Notes: generated from the letters alone by a model not told the origin. A stretch of DNA of 64,000 bases from an uncultured bacterium (GCA_963749445.1 CAVVMJ010000010.1:181738-245737); one strand, 5' to 3'. Positions 9,673 through 19,787 are shown, numbered from the stretch's first letter. Numbers and translations are program-made.

Positions 9673-9823
9673 GACACATGTGTAGTTAGCCCGATTTTCT
9701 GGGCTGCCCAAATATCTCACAGCCGATAAATCGGCTAACTACGGGCTTAAATAGCCAAAAGGACTACCCTTTCAAGGATAGTCCTTTGTCTGTGTTAATC
9801 CGTTATCAATCCGTGTTTATCTT

Positions 9824-11015
<1,192 letters not shown>

Positions 11016-11367
11016 ACTTGTTTAAACCTTTCTTTTTCGGAGGATCGGATAAATCGGATAAATCGGAATTCTGATTTTTCCGACTTTCTGATATTCTGAT
11101 TTTTCCGAAATACTGCCCGAGATTCCCTAAGCGCTGATGCGTATCGATCCGCATAAGCGCCAAAGGGATCTCTTTTTTACGCCGAGGAGGCGTGATCCAG
11201 AGCAATAAATTAATTATTTTACCCGCCTAAACTTTGCCTTATTTATTAAAGATGGTTATTTGGATTATCCAATTGTAATTAAATTGGCCAATCCAAATTA
11301 CCATCGCAAAGTTTTGGCGGGTGAACTACAACTTATTTTAAAGATATTTCAAGGTTCTGTCAAACCG

Positions 11368-12303
11368 CTATAAGGCCCTTTCCAAAGTTAAGTTACAATG
11401 CTGGCTGACCCAAGACTGGTCAAATTCATCCAATTCCCGCCTCTGTCCGTTGAGAATGTAATACTGGCGGCTTTGGGGAGTGCCGGTTAGGGGAGGCATA
11501 TCGTTTTCTATCCACTGCTCGGGACAGACCTGGAGCTTGCCGGTTGCGGAAGGCGGGGAAGATGGCGCGGGAGCGGGAGCGGAAGTATATGAAAAGCCGT
11601 TCCTCAAAACATCAAGCTTATTCCACACATCGGCATGGTCAAATTCCGCCCTTGGTGGAGAAAAATTCCCCGCGTTGGCCCAGCGGGCGGTTTCGTCAAT
11701 TTCGTAACAAATTGTCCCGTAAAAAGCGCGGTTAAAATGGGTTTCGCTAAAATTGCCGGCTCCGGCGTCCGTGGCTACGGCCGTAATAAACACCACGCCA
11801 TTGCCCAAGGCAGCGCCTTTAACCTGGCCGCCGTTTAACTCCTGCGCGGTAAAGCTGCCGCAATCGCCAATGTTGGTTTTATCTTTTAAAACAGACACGG
11901 CAACGCCCGCTGACTCCAAATTCGTGTTTTGGTACGGCTGGCCGTTTAACACAAAACACACATCCGGCATTTCGCCGTACGGCACGCAGGCGGAAAAATT
12001 CACTCCCTTGGTATTATTCGCTTTAACTTTTGCCCCGGTAAAAAGATTAAAATAACTTAAATACAAAATCTTAAAATGTTCCGCGGCGTTATTGTAAACA
12101 TTCAAGGTCAGCGGCGGCGGCGGAACGGTTGTTTTTTGGGGAGTTGATGTTGCCGCTACCGGCGTAGACGTTGCCGGCTGGTTTTGGGCCGGTTGAATTG
12201 ATATATTTTGGCTCGCAGCCGGTACTGTCAAAACCGGCTGCGGCTTTTTAGAACAGGCGGCGGCCAAAAGTAAGATTGATGCGATGATAAAAATTTTCTT
12301 CAT
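11368..12303 (-). CDS. lipoprotein of unknown function (paralogous signal peptide to 4840..5730)
   Basis: Start at MKKIFIIASILLLAAACSKK; Thr/Pro-rich linker; R1 half-repeat immediately upstream of start codon. Confidence 0.55.
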   Translation of the reverse strand: MKKIFIIASILLLAAACSKKPQPVLTVPAASQNISIQPAQNQPATSTPVAATSTPQKTTVPPPPLTLNVYNNAAEHFKILYLSYFNLFTGAKVKANNTKGVNFSACVPYGEMPDVCFVLNGQPYQNTNLESAGVAVSVLKDKTNIGDCGSFTAQELNGGQVKGAALGNGVVFITAVATDAGAGNFSETHFNRAFYGTICYEIDETARWANAGNFSPPRAEFDHADVWNKLDVLRNGFSYTSAPAPAPSSPPSATGKLQVCPEQWIENDMPPLTGTPQSRQYYILNGQRRELDEFDQSWVSQHCNLTLERAL

Positions 12304-12314
12304 ATGGATTATGC

Positions 12315-12374
12315 GCGGAGCATCCTCCCCTGCCAAGGGGAGGTGTCCCGCGAAGCGGGACGGAGGGGTTGGAG
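12315..12374. repeat. R1 terminal inverted repeat (B orientation) abutting stop codon of DUF559 gene
   Basis: GCGGAGCATCCTCCCCTGCCAAGGGGAGGTGTCCCGCGAAGCGGGACGGAGGGGTTGGAG ends at 12374; gene stop begins at 12375. Confidence 0.85.
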
Positions 12375-12725
12375 TCAACCAAGATTTTTCTTAATCTCCT
12401 GTAACACTCCTTCTAAATTTTTTATGACATCCTTATTTTCAAATCTTATAACTTTTATATTCAGCCTTTGTAAATATTCGGTTCTATTTTCATCTTTGGC
12501 GTAACCTTGTTCGGAATCATGAGGACTGCCGTCAAGTTCAACGGCAAGCTTCTTATCGGCGCAATAAAAATCTACAATATACCTGCCAATACCGTGTTGC
12601 CGGCGAAATTTATGGCCCAATTGCTTATTTTTTAAATGATTCCAGAGCCTGGCTTCGGCTGGCGTTAAATGCTTTCTTAAGTCTTTTCTGTAATTTTTCA
12701 GACCGATGATGTTGTTTAACCTCAT
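12375..12725 (-). CDS. DUF559 domain protein (Vsr-like / PD-(D/E)xK endonuclease fold)
   Basis: 116 aa; LTPAEARLWNHLKNKQLGHKFRRQHGIGRYIVDFYC...ELDGSPHD motif set; about 65% identical to 29279..29635; framed exactly by R1 inverted repeats. Confidence 0.7.
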   Translation of the reverse strand: MRLNNIIGLKNYRKDLRKHLTPAEARLWNHLKNKQLGHKFRRQHGIGRYIVDFYCADKKLAVELDGSPHDSEQGYAKDENRTEYLQRLNIKVIRFENKDVIKNLEGVLQEIKKNLG

Positions 12726-12789
12726 ACTCCAACCCCCCTCCCGCCGCTTTGCGGCAGACTCCCCCTTAACAGGGGGAGATGCTCCGCGG
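12726..12789. repeat. R1 terminal inverted repeat (A orientation) abutting start codon of DUF559 gene
   Basis: CTCCAACCCCCCTCCCGCCGCTTTGCGGCAGACTCCCCCTTAACAGGGGGAGATGCTCCGCGG begins one base after the ATG (12725); its GGAG sits in Shine-Dalgarno position. Confidence 0.85.
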
Positions 12790-12842
12790 TTCTGCGTAAA
12801 ACCAGCGTACCTATCGGCGACAGATCAGCGGAAAACAGATTA

Positions 12843-13229
12843 TTATAAGTCATCTATCTCCACCTTGGGCCCCTCAAAATCAAAACTCGGGTCAATGACT
12901 TCGGCGCGCAAATCCTGGCGCGGGATCCGGTGGGCCGATTCGGTGATTGTCGGGCCGGTAATTTTAGGTTTGGGAATTTCCACAACCGCCGGCTTGTCGG
13001 TTTCCTGCAGCTGTGCTTTCAAAATTTCGCGATTGATTTTTTCCACATCCTCGGTTTGCTGTTTAACCTGCCTTTGGAGTTTGCCAAGCAACAGGCGCTG
13101 ATAATCTTCCACCGACATAATTACCAACTTAGCCTCCCCGCTCTCGTCCATCACAAAAAACTTGCCTCCATCGGCCTTAGCTAAATTGATGATATCGTTT
13201 AGTGATGTCATAAATCTCCCCTGTTCCAT
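12843..13229 (-). CDS. hypothetical protein with Phd/YefM-antitoxin-like N-terminal motif
   Basis: GEAKLVIMSVEDYQRLL resembles YefM GEACVLMSLEEYNSLEE; no obvious toxin partner; weak. Confidence 0.4.
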   Translation of the reverse strand: MEQGRFMTSLNDIINLAKADGGKFFVMDESGEAKLVIMSVEDYQRLLLGKLQRQVKQQTEDVEKINREILKAQLQETDKPAVVEIPKPKITGPTITESAHRIPRQDLRAEVIDPSFDFEGPKVEIDDL

Positions 13230-13306
13230 CCCAGCCGAGCATCATCGCAACACATGGGCGAGAGCCGGGATCCAGTTACCGGCTCAAATACTGTATACCG
13301 ATTCTG

Positions 13307-13372
13307 GGCCCCGGATATTTTTTGCGGCCTGCGATAACCATCAGCGCAAAAAATTCCGGGGTGGAAACTATT
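13307..13372. repeat. R3 hairpin repeat copy
   Basis: GGGCCCCGGATATTTTTTGCGGCCTGCGATAACCATCAGCGCAAAAAATTCCGGGGTGG. Confidence 0.75.
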
Positions 13373-14007
13373 TGTTATATTTAAGTATTCCAATTATACC
13401 CCTATTTTCCAGCCTTTACAACCTTCTCTCTCTTTGCTATTCTGACCTATCGCCACAAATGGATACGGACACAGAAGTCCAAAGCCCGACGAGAGAGGAG
13501 GGAAAACGATTTATCCTACGGGAACCAAGCTTCGGTTGAAAGTTAGTAGAGCCCACCCTCGCGGCAGAGCCTTACAATATCCAATCTCCGGGGTTGAGGC
13601 AATTAAAGCAACGGAGATAGTTACCGTTCAAACTGCATTTAAATCTCCGAAGGCCGGAGGATGGTGTTACACGTTCGAAGAACGGGGCCATGCACTGTCC
13701 TATTTTGCACGCGACTTTCAACCGGCTTTATTCTAGTCCGATCGCCGCACCGGACTGTTTGCAACCCTGTGCCGTTTCGCCGTTGCGCGGGACGACACTG
13801 GGCTCGTTTTTTTTTATTCCCCAAAAAGTATATACCTAAGTATATACTTCGGTATATACTAAACCGTTTTTTGCTTGTTGACATAACGCGTACGTACGCG
13901 CAAACGCAACAAGCATTTTTTTCAATAACGATAAGGGGCGGCCTTCGGCCGCCCTAAAATCCGTGATCCGTGTTAATCCGTAATCTATCCGTGTCAATCT
14001 TTTCCCC

Positions 14008-16131
14008 TCACATACCTTTTCTAACATTAATCCCCTGCCGGCTTTCAATAATCTTTTCCGCCACGTTCCTTGGCACTTCGGCGTAATGGTCAAATTCCAT
14101 TGTATAGCTGGCCTGGCCCTGCGTCATTGAACGGAGCGATGTGGCATAGCCGAACATTTCGCTGAGCGGCACCATCGCGTCAATAACTTTGAGGTGTAAT
14201 TTATCCGTCATCTCATTAATCTGCGCGCGCTTACTGTTCAAATCTCCGATGACATCGCCCATATTGGTTTCCGGCGTGGTCACTTCCACTTTCATAATCG
14301 GCTCCAAAATAACCGGATCGGCTTTTTTTACGGCATCCTGCAAACCCTTGGAAGCGGCAATTTTAAACGCCATTTCACTGGAGTCTACTTCGTGGTACGA
14401 ACCGTCAAACGCCGCGGCGCGGAAATCCACCAACGGATAGCCGGCAATTACGCCGTTGGCCGCCGACTCCTGAATGCCTTTGTCTATCGGCTTAATGTAT
14501 TCGCGCGGAATCACGCCGCCGACAATCTCGTCCACAAACTCGTAACCCTTGCCGCGCTCCAGCGGCTCCACGCGCAAATAGACGTGGCCGTATTGGCCGC
14601 GGCCTCCGGTCTGGCGGATGTATTTACTCTCGGCCTCGGCGATTTTTTTGATGGTTTCCTTGTACGCGACTTCCGGCTTGCCCACGTTGGCTTCCACTTT
14701 GAACTCGCGTTTCATTCTGTCCACAATGATTTCAAGATGTAACTCACCCATCCCGCCGATAATCGTCTGCTGGGTCTCTTCATTCGTGGATAATTTAAAA
14801 GTCGGGTCTTCCTCGGCCAATTTACCCAATGCGATGCCCATTTTTTCCTGGTCAGCCTTGGTCTTAGGCTCAATGGACATATGAATCACCGGCTCGGCAA
14901 ACTTGATGCGTTCCAGCTGGATGGGCTTATCCACGTCGCACAAAGTATCACCGGTAAAGGTTTCTTTTGGCCCGACAAGGGCGCAAATGTCGCCGGCAAA
15001 AACTTCCTTGACTTCTTCGCGGTCATCGGCCTTCATTCTTACAATGCGTCCCACGCGCTCTTTGTTTTCGGTTCTTGCGTTAAGCACATACGAGCCGGCT
15101 TCCAGAAACCCTGAGTACACGCGGAAAAAACACAAGCGCCCGACAAACGGGTCAGTGGCAATTTTAAAAGCCAAAGCCGCAAACGGCTCGCTGTCCAAAG
15201 GCTTTCGTTCTATGTCCGCGCCGGTCTTCAAGTCGTGCCCTTTGACCGGGCCGCGGTCCGTCGGGGAAGGTAAAAAATTGGTCACCGCGTCCAAAATCGT
15301 TTGCACAATAATTCCCCTGCCGTCGCCGCCCAAAACCGGAAAAAACTTACCGCTCTGCACGCTCTTTCTTATGGCCGTCAAAAATTCCCGCTCCGTCAGT
15401 TCGGCTCCGGTCAAATATTTTTCCATTATAACGTCGTCGCTTTCCACGACTTTCTCCAAAAGTTTGTGGCGCCACTCTTTGCATTTTTCCAGCATATCGG
15501 CCGGCACTTCGCCCACGGTAAACTCCTTGTCCGTGTAATCTTTGTAGGTGTAGGCCTTCATGTTTATCAAATCCACCACGCCGCAAATATCTTTTTCAAA
15601 ACCGATCGGCAATTGGATGGGCAGGGCGTCGGGCGACAATCTTTTGTGGATGGAGGTCAAAGATTTATAAAAGTCGCCGCCGGTTTGGTTGATTTTGTTG
15701 ATAAAGCACATCCGCGGCACGTGGTATTTGTCCGCCTGGCGCCAGACTGTTTCGGATTGCGGCTCCACGCCCATCTTCCCGTCAAACACGACAACTGCTC
15801 CATCAAGCACTCTTAAAGACCGCTCCACTTCCACGGTAAAATCCACGTGGCCCGGGGTATCAATAATATTGATCTTGTGTTTGACATCGCCCGCGAGCTT
15901 GACGAATTTCGGCGCCCAATAGCAAGTTACCGCGGCCGCGGTAATGGTAATGCCGCGCTCGCGCTCCTGCTCCATCCAGTCAGTCACGGTTTCGCCTTCG
16001 TGCACCGTGCCGATTTTATGGATCATTCCGGTATTATACAAAACGCCTTCGGTCACGGTCGTCTTGCCGGCGTCTATGTGCGCGATAATGCCGATGTTTC
16101 TTGTAAGTTCTATTGGATATTCACGAGCCAT
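14008..16131 (-). CDS. fusA: elongation factor G
   Basis: 707 aa; [21 protein letters not shown]-equivalent and all five EF-G domains present. Confidence 0.95.
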   Translation of the reverse strand: MAREYPIELTRNIGIIAHIDAGKTTVTEGVLYNTGMIHKIGTVHEGETVTDWMEQERERGITITAAAVTCYWAPKFVKLAGDVKHKINIIDTPGHVDFTVEVERSLRVLDGAVVVFDGKMGVEPQSETVWRQADKYHVPRMCFINKINQTGGDFYKSLTSIHKRLSPDALPIQLPIGFEKDICGVVDLINMKAYTYKDYTDKEFTVGEVPADMLEKCKEWRHKLLEKVVESDDVIMEKYLTGAELTEREFLTAIRKSVQSGKFFPVLGGDGRGIIVQTILDAVTNFLPSPTDRGPVKGHDLKTGADIERKPLDSEPFAALAFKIATDPFVGRLCFFRVYSGFLEAGSYVLNARTENKERVGRIVRMKADDREEVKEVFAGDICALVGPKETFTGDTLCDVDKPIQLERIKFAEPVIHMSIEPKTKADQEKMGIALGKLAEEDPTFKLSTNEETQQTIIGGMGELHLEIIVDRMKREFKVEANVGKPEVAYKETIKKIAEAESKYIRQTGGRGQYGHVYLRVEPLERGKGYEFVDEIVGGVIPREYIKPIDKGIQESAANGVIAGYPLVDFRAAAFDGSYHEVDSSEMAFKIAASKGLQDAVKKADPVILEPIMKVEVTTPETNMGDVIGDLNSKRAQINEMTDKLHLKVIDAMVPLSEMFGYATSLRSMTQGQASYTMEFDHYAEVPRNVAEKIIESRQGINVRKGM

Positions 16132-16247
16132 AAAAAATTAGTTTTTAGATATTAGTTGTTAGGTTTTAGGTTTTAGGTTTTACATTGTGCAGCGGAAAAG
16201 TATATACTTCGGTATATACAAAATTTTCAAAGTTCTTTTGCAAATCC

Positions 16248-16393
16248 GCGGAGCTTCCCCTCCTTCCCTCCTTGCTGAGGAGGGGTGGATCGCGTTAGCG
16301 AGACGGGGTGGTATTTATCCGCAAAGACTCCAACCACCTCCCCCCTCGACTTCGCTCGGGGTACTCCTCCTTAAAAAGGAGGAGAGGCTCCGC
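16248..16393. repeat. R1 repeat, B-spacer-A pair (gene-less derivative of the DUF559 element)
   Basis: GCGGAGCTTCCCCTCC...GGAGGGGTGGATCGCG...GACGGGGTGGTATTTATCCGCAAAGACTCCAACCACCTCCCCCC...TACTCCTCCTTAAAAAGGAGGAGAGGCTCCGC; between fusA and rpsG. Confidence 0.85.
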
Positions 16394-16438
16394 AGTTGTC
16401 CGTCTCAGTCCGTTCCCAGTCCGTAACAGTCCGCGTAC

Positions 16439-17053
16439 CTATCTCCGCCCAAACCTCGCAAAATGCGCAAACGCCTTATTGGCCTCTGCCATCCTGTGCA
16501 CGTCTTCTCTCTTCTTTATGGCTGCACCGGTGCGGTTGTAGGCGTCCATAATTTCTCCGGCCAATTTTTCCTTCATGGGCGCGCCTTTTTTGGCCCTGGC
16601 CGCGGCCAACAGCCAGCGGATGCCGAGCGTGGTCTTGCGCGGCTCCTGAACTTCCATCGGCACCTGATAGTTAGCCCCGCCGATTCTGCGGGATTTTAAC
16701 TCCATCATCGGGGCGACGTTTTTTAACGCGATATCAAATACCGCTCGGCCGTCCAACTTTTGCGGTGCCGCTGATTTTTGCGGAACTGCAGTATTCCCCT
16801 CCTTTTTAAGGAGGGGCGTCTGCGCAGCAGACGGGGTGGTTGGAGATTTGACTGAAACAGCAACCGGAGCCGCCACGGGCATCGCGGCCATTTTTTTCTC
16901 CACAATCTCCAAAGCGTCGTAAAAAATCCTGCGCGCCACGTTTTTCTTGCCGCGCTGCATCAAATAATTTATAAATTTGGCATACTTGACCGAGCCGAAT
17001 TTCGGGTCCGGCAAAGGCACGTGTTTGTCGTAGCTCCTTGATTTTCTGGGCAT
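16439..17053 (-). CDS. rpsG: 30S ribosomal protein S7 with about 46 aa in-frame insertion partly encoded by an R1 half-repeat
   Basis: 204 aa versus about 156 typical; N-terminal (PRKSRSYDKHVPLPDPKFGS) and C-terminal (KKREDVHRMAEANKAFAHF) S7 blocks flank AMPVAAPVAVSVKSPTTPSAAQTPLLKKEGNTAVPQKSAAPQKLDG. Confidence 0.9.
   Translation of the reverse strand: MPRKSRSYDKHVPLPDPKFGSVKYAKFINYLMQRGKKNVARRIFYDALEIVEKKMAAMPVAAPVAVSVKSPTTPSAAQTPLLKKEGNTAVPQKSAAPQKLDGRAVFDIALKNVAPMMELKSRRIGGANYQVPMEVQEPRKTTLGIRWLLAAARAKKGAPMKEKLAGEIMDAYNRTGAAIKKREDVHRMAEANKAFAHFARFGRR
16801..16864. repeat. R1 half-repeat (B) inside rpsG coding sequence, in frame
   Basis: GGAACTGCAGTATTCCCCTCCTTTTTAAGGAGGGGCGTCTGCGCAGCAGACGGGGTGGTTGGAG. 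Confidence 0.85.
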
Positions 17054-17055
17054 GG

Positions 17056-17130
17056 TTTTAGCTTTTAGCGATTAGCTTTTAGCGATTAGCCAGCCATGTC
17101 TGGCTAAATGCTAACTGCTAAATGCTAACT
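17056..17130. repeat. H1 spacer hairpin (TTAGCG/GCTAAA tandem-repeat arms)
   Basis: TTTTAGCTTTTAGCGATTAGCTTTTAGCGATTAGCCAGCCATGTCTGGCTAAATGCTAACTGCTAAATGCTAA; copies also at 57..130, 1587..1670, 7903..7972, 17553..17632. Confidence 0.8.
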
Positions 17131-17136
17131 TCTTGT

Positions 17137-17550
17137 TTACTTCTTCTTGGCTCCATACTTAGACCGAGAGCGTTTCCGACCGTCAACGCCTAATGTGTCC
17201 AATTTCCCTCTGATGATATGATAGCGCACGCCGGGCAAATCTTTTACCCTGCCGCCGCGGATCATCACCACACTGTGTTCCTGTAAGTTGTGGCCGATGC
17301 CCGGAATATAGGCAATCACTTCCATGCCGTTGGTGAGTTTGACTTTGGCGACTTTGCGCAAAGCCGAGTTCGGCTTTTTGGGCGTGGTGGTATAAACCTT
17401 AAGGCACACGCCACGCATAAACGGCGCGCCTTTGGCAATCCACAAGGTGCGGTTTTTGATTAAGTTGACGCGGCGCAACAAAGCCGGAGCCTTGCTTTTG
17501 GCCTGTAAACTGTGCCTGCCGTGCCTGACTAACTGGTTGATTGTGGGCAT
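17137..17550 (-). CDS. rpsL: 30S ribosomal protein S12
   Basis: 137 aa; [12 protein letters not shown]...[14 protein letters not shown]...[11 protein letters not shown] canonical S12. Confidence 0.9.
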   Translation of the reverse strand: MPTINQLVRHGRHSLQAKSKAPALLRRVNLIKNRTLWIAKGAPFMRGVCLKVYTTTPKKPNSALRKVAKVKLTNGMEVIAYIPGIGHNLQEHSVVMIRGGRVKDLPGVRYHIIRGKLDTLGVDGRKRSRSKYGAKKK

Positions 17551-17552
17551 TT

Positions 17553-17632
17553 CGTTAGCTTTTAGCGTTTAGCGATTAGCGATTAGCCAGCCATGTTTGG
17601 CTAAAAGCTAACTGCTAAATGCTAAATGCTTT
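17553..17632. repeat. H1 spacer hairpin upstream of rpsL
   Basis: TTCGTTAGCTTTTAGCGTTTAGCGATTAGCGATTAGCCAGCCATGTTTGGCTAAAAGCTAACTGCTAAATGCTAAATGC. Confidence 0.8.
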
Positions 17633-17862
17633 AACGGATTAAACTTGAATAAGCAATAAAAAAGCCGACAAAAGATGTCAGATCTTCTGCTTTCGCCTGC
17701 TTGGTACTCATCAGAAACCTATTGATGTCGGCCGGTGGCCTGCTTCCCAAAACCTGCGACTAAAAAATAGTGATTCGCCGCTCGCGCGGCGGGTTTCTTA
17801 TTCAATTAAAAGAATTATATACCAAGCTTGCAAAAAAGTCAACATTTAGATAATGTTATTTT

Positions 17863-18117
17863 ATGTCACAACAACAAGGTGGGCTTACTACGATCGGCGA
17901 GGTTAAACAATACTGGGTCAGTTTCGGCGCCGCAAGGGAGAAAGGCAGCTTTGACTCCGCGACAGCACAGAAGCTGGTCAGTATTTGGGTAGCAATCCGG
18001 CGAGAAGTGTTCAAGAGCACGGGAAAGGAGATTGATGATTTCTCCCGCCTGGACGAAACTCCTGCTTCGTCCGAGGTCGTAACCGAGCTTGTAAGATACC
18101 TCGACGAAGTCCAATAG
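17863..18117 (+). CDS. hypothetical small protein
   Basis: 84 aa hydrophilic ORF preceded by TTGCAA-17-TAATGT and followed by terminator 18173..18213; overlapping minus-strand ORF looks non-coding. Confidence 0.35.
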   Translation: MSQQQGGLTTIGEVKQYWVSFGAAREKGSFDSATAQKLVSIWVAIRREVFKSTGKEIDDFSRLDETPASSEVVTELVRYLDEVQ

Positions 18118-18172
18118 TCAAACCGCTCGCCGTGCCCATCTGCCAAAAGGATTGGGCAAACTGCAACCGCTC

Positions 18173-18213
18173 GCCGCGCCCTGAACGCATCACTGGGGCG
18201 CGGCATTTCTTTT
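18173..18213 (+). terminator. intrinsic terminator
   Basis: GCCGCGCC ctgaacgcatcact GGGCGCGGC ATTTCTTTT. Confidence 0.5.
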
Positions 18214-18353
18214 AGCAAATCCACGGAGTTTCTCCCCTCTTGACCCATTCGGCAAAGCTCAGGGTCACCCCGAGCTTATCGAGGTGGTGAGGGGAGATGC
18301 CGAAGTAGCAACGAGGCAGAGAGGTTGCATTCAAACCCGACACTCCTTTTTTA

Positions 18354-18737
18354 TCATCTCTGGCACCCCTCAATATTCTTATCCACGTCGTTATTCCAAA
18401 ACTGTAAAACTTTATACCCCTGTTCTTTGGCATAATCCCGTTTGGTCAAATCATAGTCAGAAACCTTTTGCTCGCTATGCTGTCCTCCGTCAAGTTCAAT
18501 CAGTAACATTTTTTCACGGCAGCTGAAATCAAAAATATATGAACCAACCTGCACCTGACGCTTAAATTTTAAATGATAAAACCGCCCGGCGCGCAGGCGG
18601 CTCCATAGCTTGGTTTCCCAAGGTGTTTGGTTTTTGCGGAGATTTTTTGAGTTTGTTAAAAAAGGTTCAGGGATTATGCGATTTTCCATATATTCTGCAA
18701 CCTCTCTGTCTAAAATTTTGGCCGATGATGAACCCAA
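18354..18737 (-). CDS. DUF559 domain protein (third, more divergent copy)
   Basis: 127 aa; HLKFKRQVQVGSYIFDFSC...ELDGGQH pattern parallels the other two; flanked only by R1 fragments (18751..18782 and 18252..18300). Confidence 0.65.
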   Translation of the reverse strand: MGSSSAKILDREVAEYMENRIIPEPFLTNSKNLRKNQTPWETKLWSRLRAGRFYHLKFKRQVQVGSYIFDFSCREKMLLIELDGGQHSEQKVSDYDLTKRDYAKEQGYKVLQFWNNDVDKNIEGCQR

Positions 18738-18822
18738 ACAAAATTTTAGACATCTCTCCTCAAAAGGAGAGAAGCTCCGCGGAAAACCCTTTCGTCATCC
18801 CAATCGGCGACCAATCACTGAT

Positions 18823-19431
18823 TTACATCAGCGGAATGTTAAAAATCCGGCTGAACAAATTTATCACCGGCAGTAAAATCAAATCCAAAATGCCCAAAGA
18901 TAAAAATACCAAAACTAAAACAAAGCCCCAGCGCTCGTAGGCAAACAGCCTGGGCCACCAGTCCTCCGGCAAAACCGAGGCCAAAATTTTGCTGCCGTCA
19001 AGCGGCGGAATGGGCACCAAATTAAAAGTCCCCAAAACCAGGTTAAGGACAATCGCTTCAATTAAAATCGGGTAAGCAATGCTATTGGCAAGGCCAAACT
19101 TGATAATCAAGGCGCAAACAATCGCCAAAACAAAGTTGGACAGCGGTCCGGCCAGGCTCACAAGAGCCATACCCAGGCGGCGCGGCCGCAGATTGCTAAA
19201 ATTCACGGGCACGGGCTTGGCCGCGCCAAAAATAATCGGCGAGCCAATGGCCAAAAGCAGCAGCGGCAACATAATGGAACCGAACGGGTCAATGTGCGGA
19301 ATCGGGTTTAAGGTGATCCGACCCATATCGCGCGCCGTACTGTCGCCTAATTTTTCCGCCATCAGACCGTGGCTGACCTCGTGCACAATAGCGGAAAACA
19401 GTACAATGATTAATATAACAATAATGTCCAT
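18823..19431 (-). CDS. site-2 protease family (peptidase M50) membrane metalloprotease
   Basis: HEVSHG (HExxH) in first TM helix and NLVPIPPLDG motif; multiple TM segments. Confidence 0.75.
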   Translation of the reverse strand: MDIIVILIIVLFSAIVHEVSHGLMAEKLGDSTARDMGRITLNPIPHIDPFGSIMLPLLLLAIGSPIIFGAAKPVPVNFSNLRPRRLGMALVSLAGPLSNFVLAIVCALIIKFGLANSIAYPILIEAIVLNLVLGTFNLVPIPPLDGSKILASVLPEDWWPRLFAYERWGFVLVLVFLSLGILDLILLPVINLFSRIFNIPLM

Positions 19432-19509
19432 ACTTGCTTATTTTATCATACTGTGTTAATCTATCAAAGACTGAAAAATCTTTCAATCTTTAAATCTTTC
19501 AATTATTCT

Positions 19510-19686
19510 ATGCCCAGAACCTGCGCCGTTTGCGGCAAAACCTATTCCCGGACCATCAAGCGTTCCCACTCCATGCGGGCGTCAATTCGCCGGCTGCTCC
19601 CGAATTTGCAATACTCCGTCTTTGATGGTAAACGCTTGAAAGCCTGTACGCGTTGCATTAAGACCAAAGCCAAGGTGGCAAAATAA
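19510..19686 (+). CDS. rpmB: 50S ribosomal protein L28
   Basis: MPRTCAVCGKTYSRTIKRSHSMRASIRRLLPNLQ matches L28; track ORF starts at an upstream Met, true start likely 19510. Confidence 0.75.
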   Translation: MPRTCAVCGKTYSRTIKRSHSMRASIRRLLPNLQYSVFDGKRLKACTRCIKTKAKVAK

Positions 19687-19736
19687 ATGCCGCGGATATC
19701 ACGCTGATAGCTACGGGGATTTATCGCTGATTTTAC

Positions 19737-19770
19737 AAAGACTGTCCCATACGGGGACAGTCTTTTTCTT
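19737..19770 (+). terminator. intrinsic terminator after rpmB
   Basis: AAAGACTGTCCCATACGGGGACAGTCTTTTTCTT. Confidence 0.6.
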
Positions 19771-19787
19771 CCTGATATAATAAACCT

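Noticed and set aside
9481-9720. ORF 9481..9720 and look-alike ORF 58670..58903 as a paralogous small-protein family
   Set aside because: The shared peptide (HPGFFALMNIISRK / HPGIFTFLNIISRK) is the translation of the R3 hairpin repeat, so similarity is at DNA-repeat level rather than protein level.
11121-11190. Strong plus-strand hairpin with T6 tail (GAGATTCCCTAAGCGCTGATGCG...CGCATAAGCGCCAAAGGGATCTC TTTTTT) as a terminator
   Set aside because: No plus-strand gene lies upstream of it; kept only as an unexplained structure, possibly an antisense or convergent-transcription stop.
12843-13229. YefM-like ORF plus downstream DUF559 gene as a toxin-antitoxin pair
   Set aside because: The other DUF559 copies (29279, 18354) have no YefM-like partner and are instead framed by R1 repeats; the linkage is more likely coincidental.
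17856-18248. Minus-strand 130-aa ORF opposite the 84-aa plus-strand ORF 17863..18117
   Set aside because: Cys/Ser/Arg-rich non-protein-like composition; the plus-strand ORF has a promoter-like TTGCAA-17-TAATGT and a downstream intrinsic terminator.
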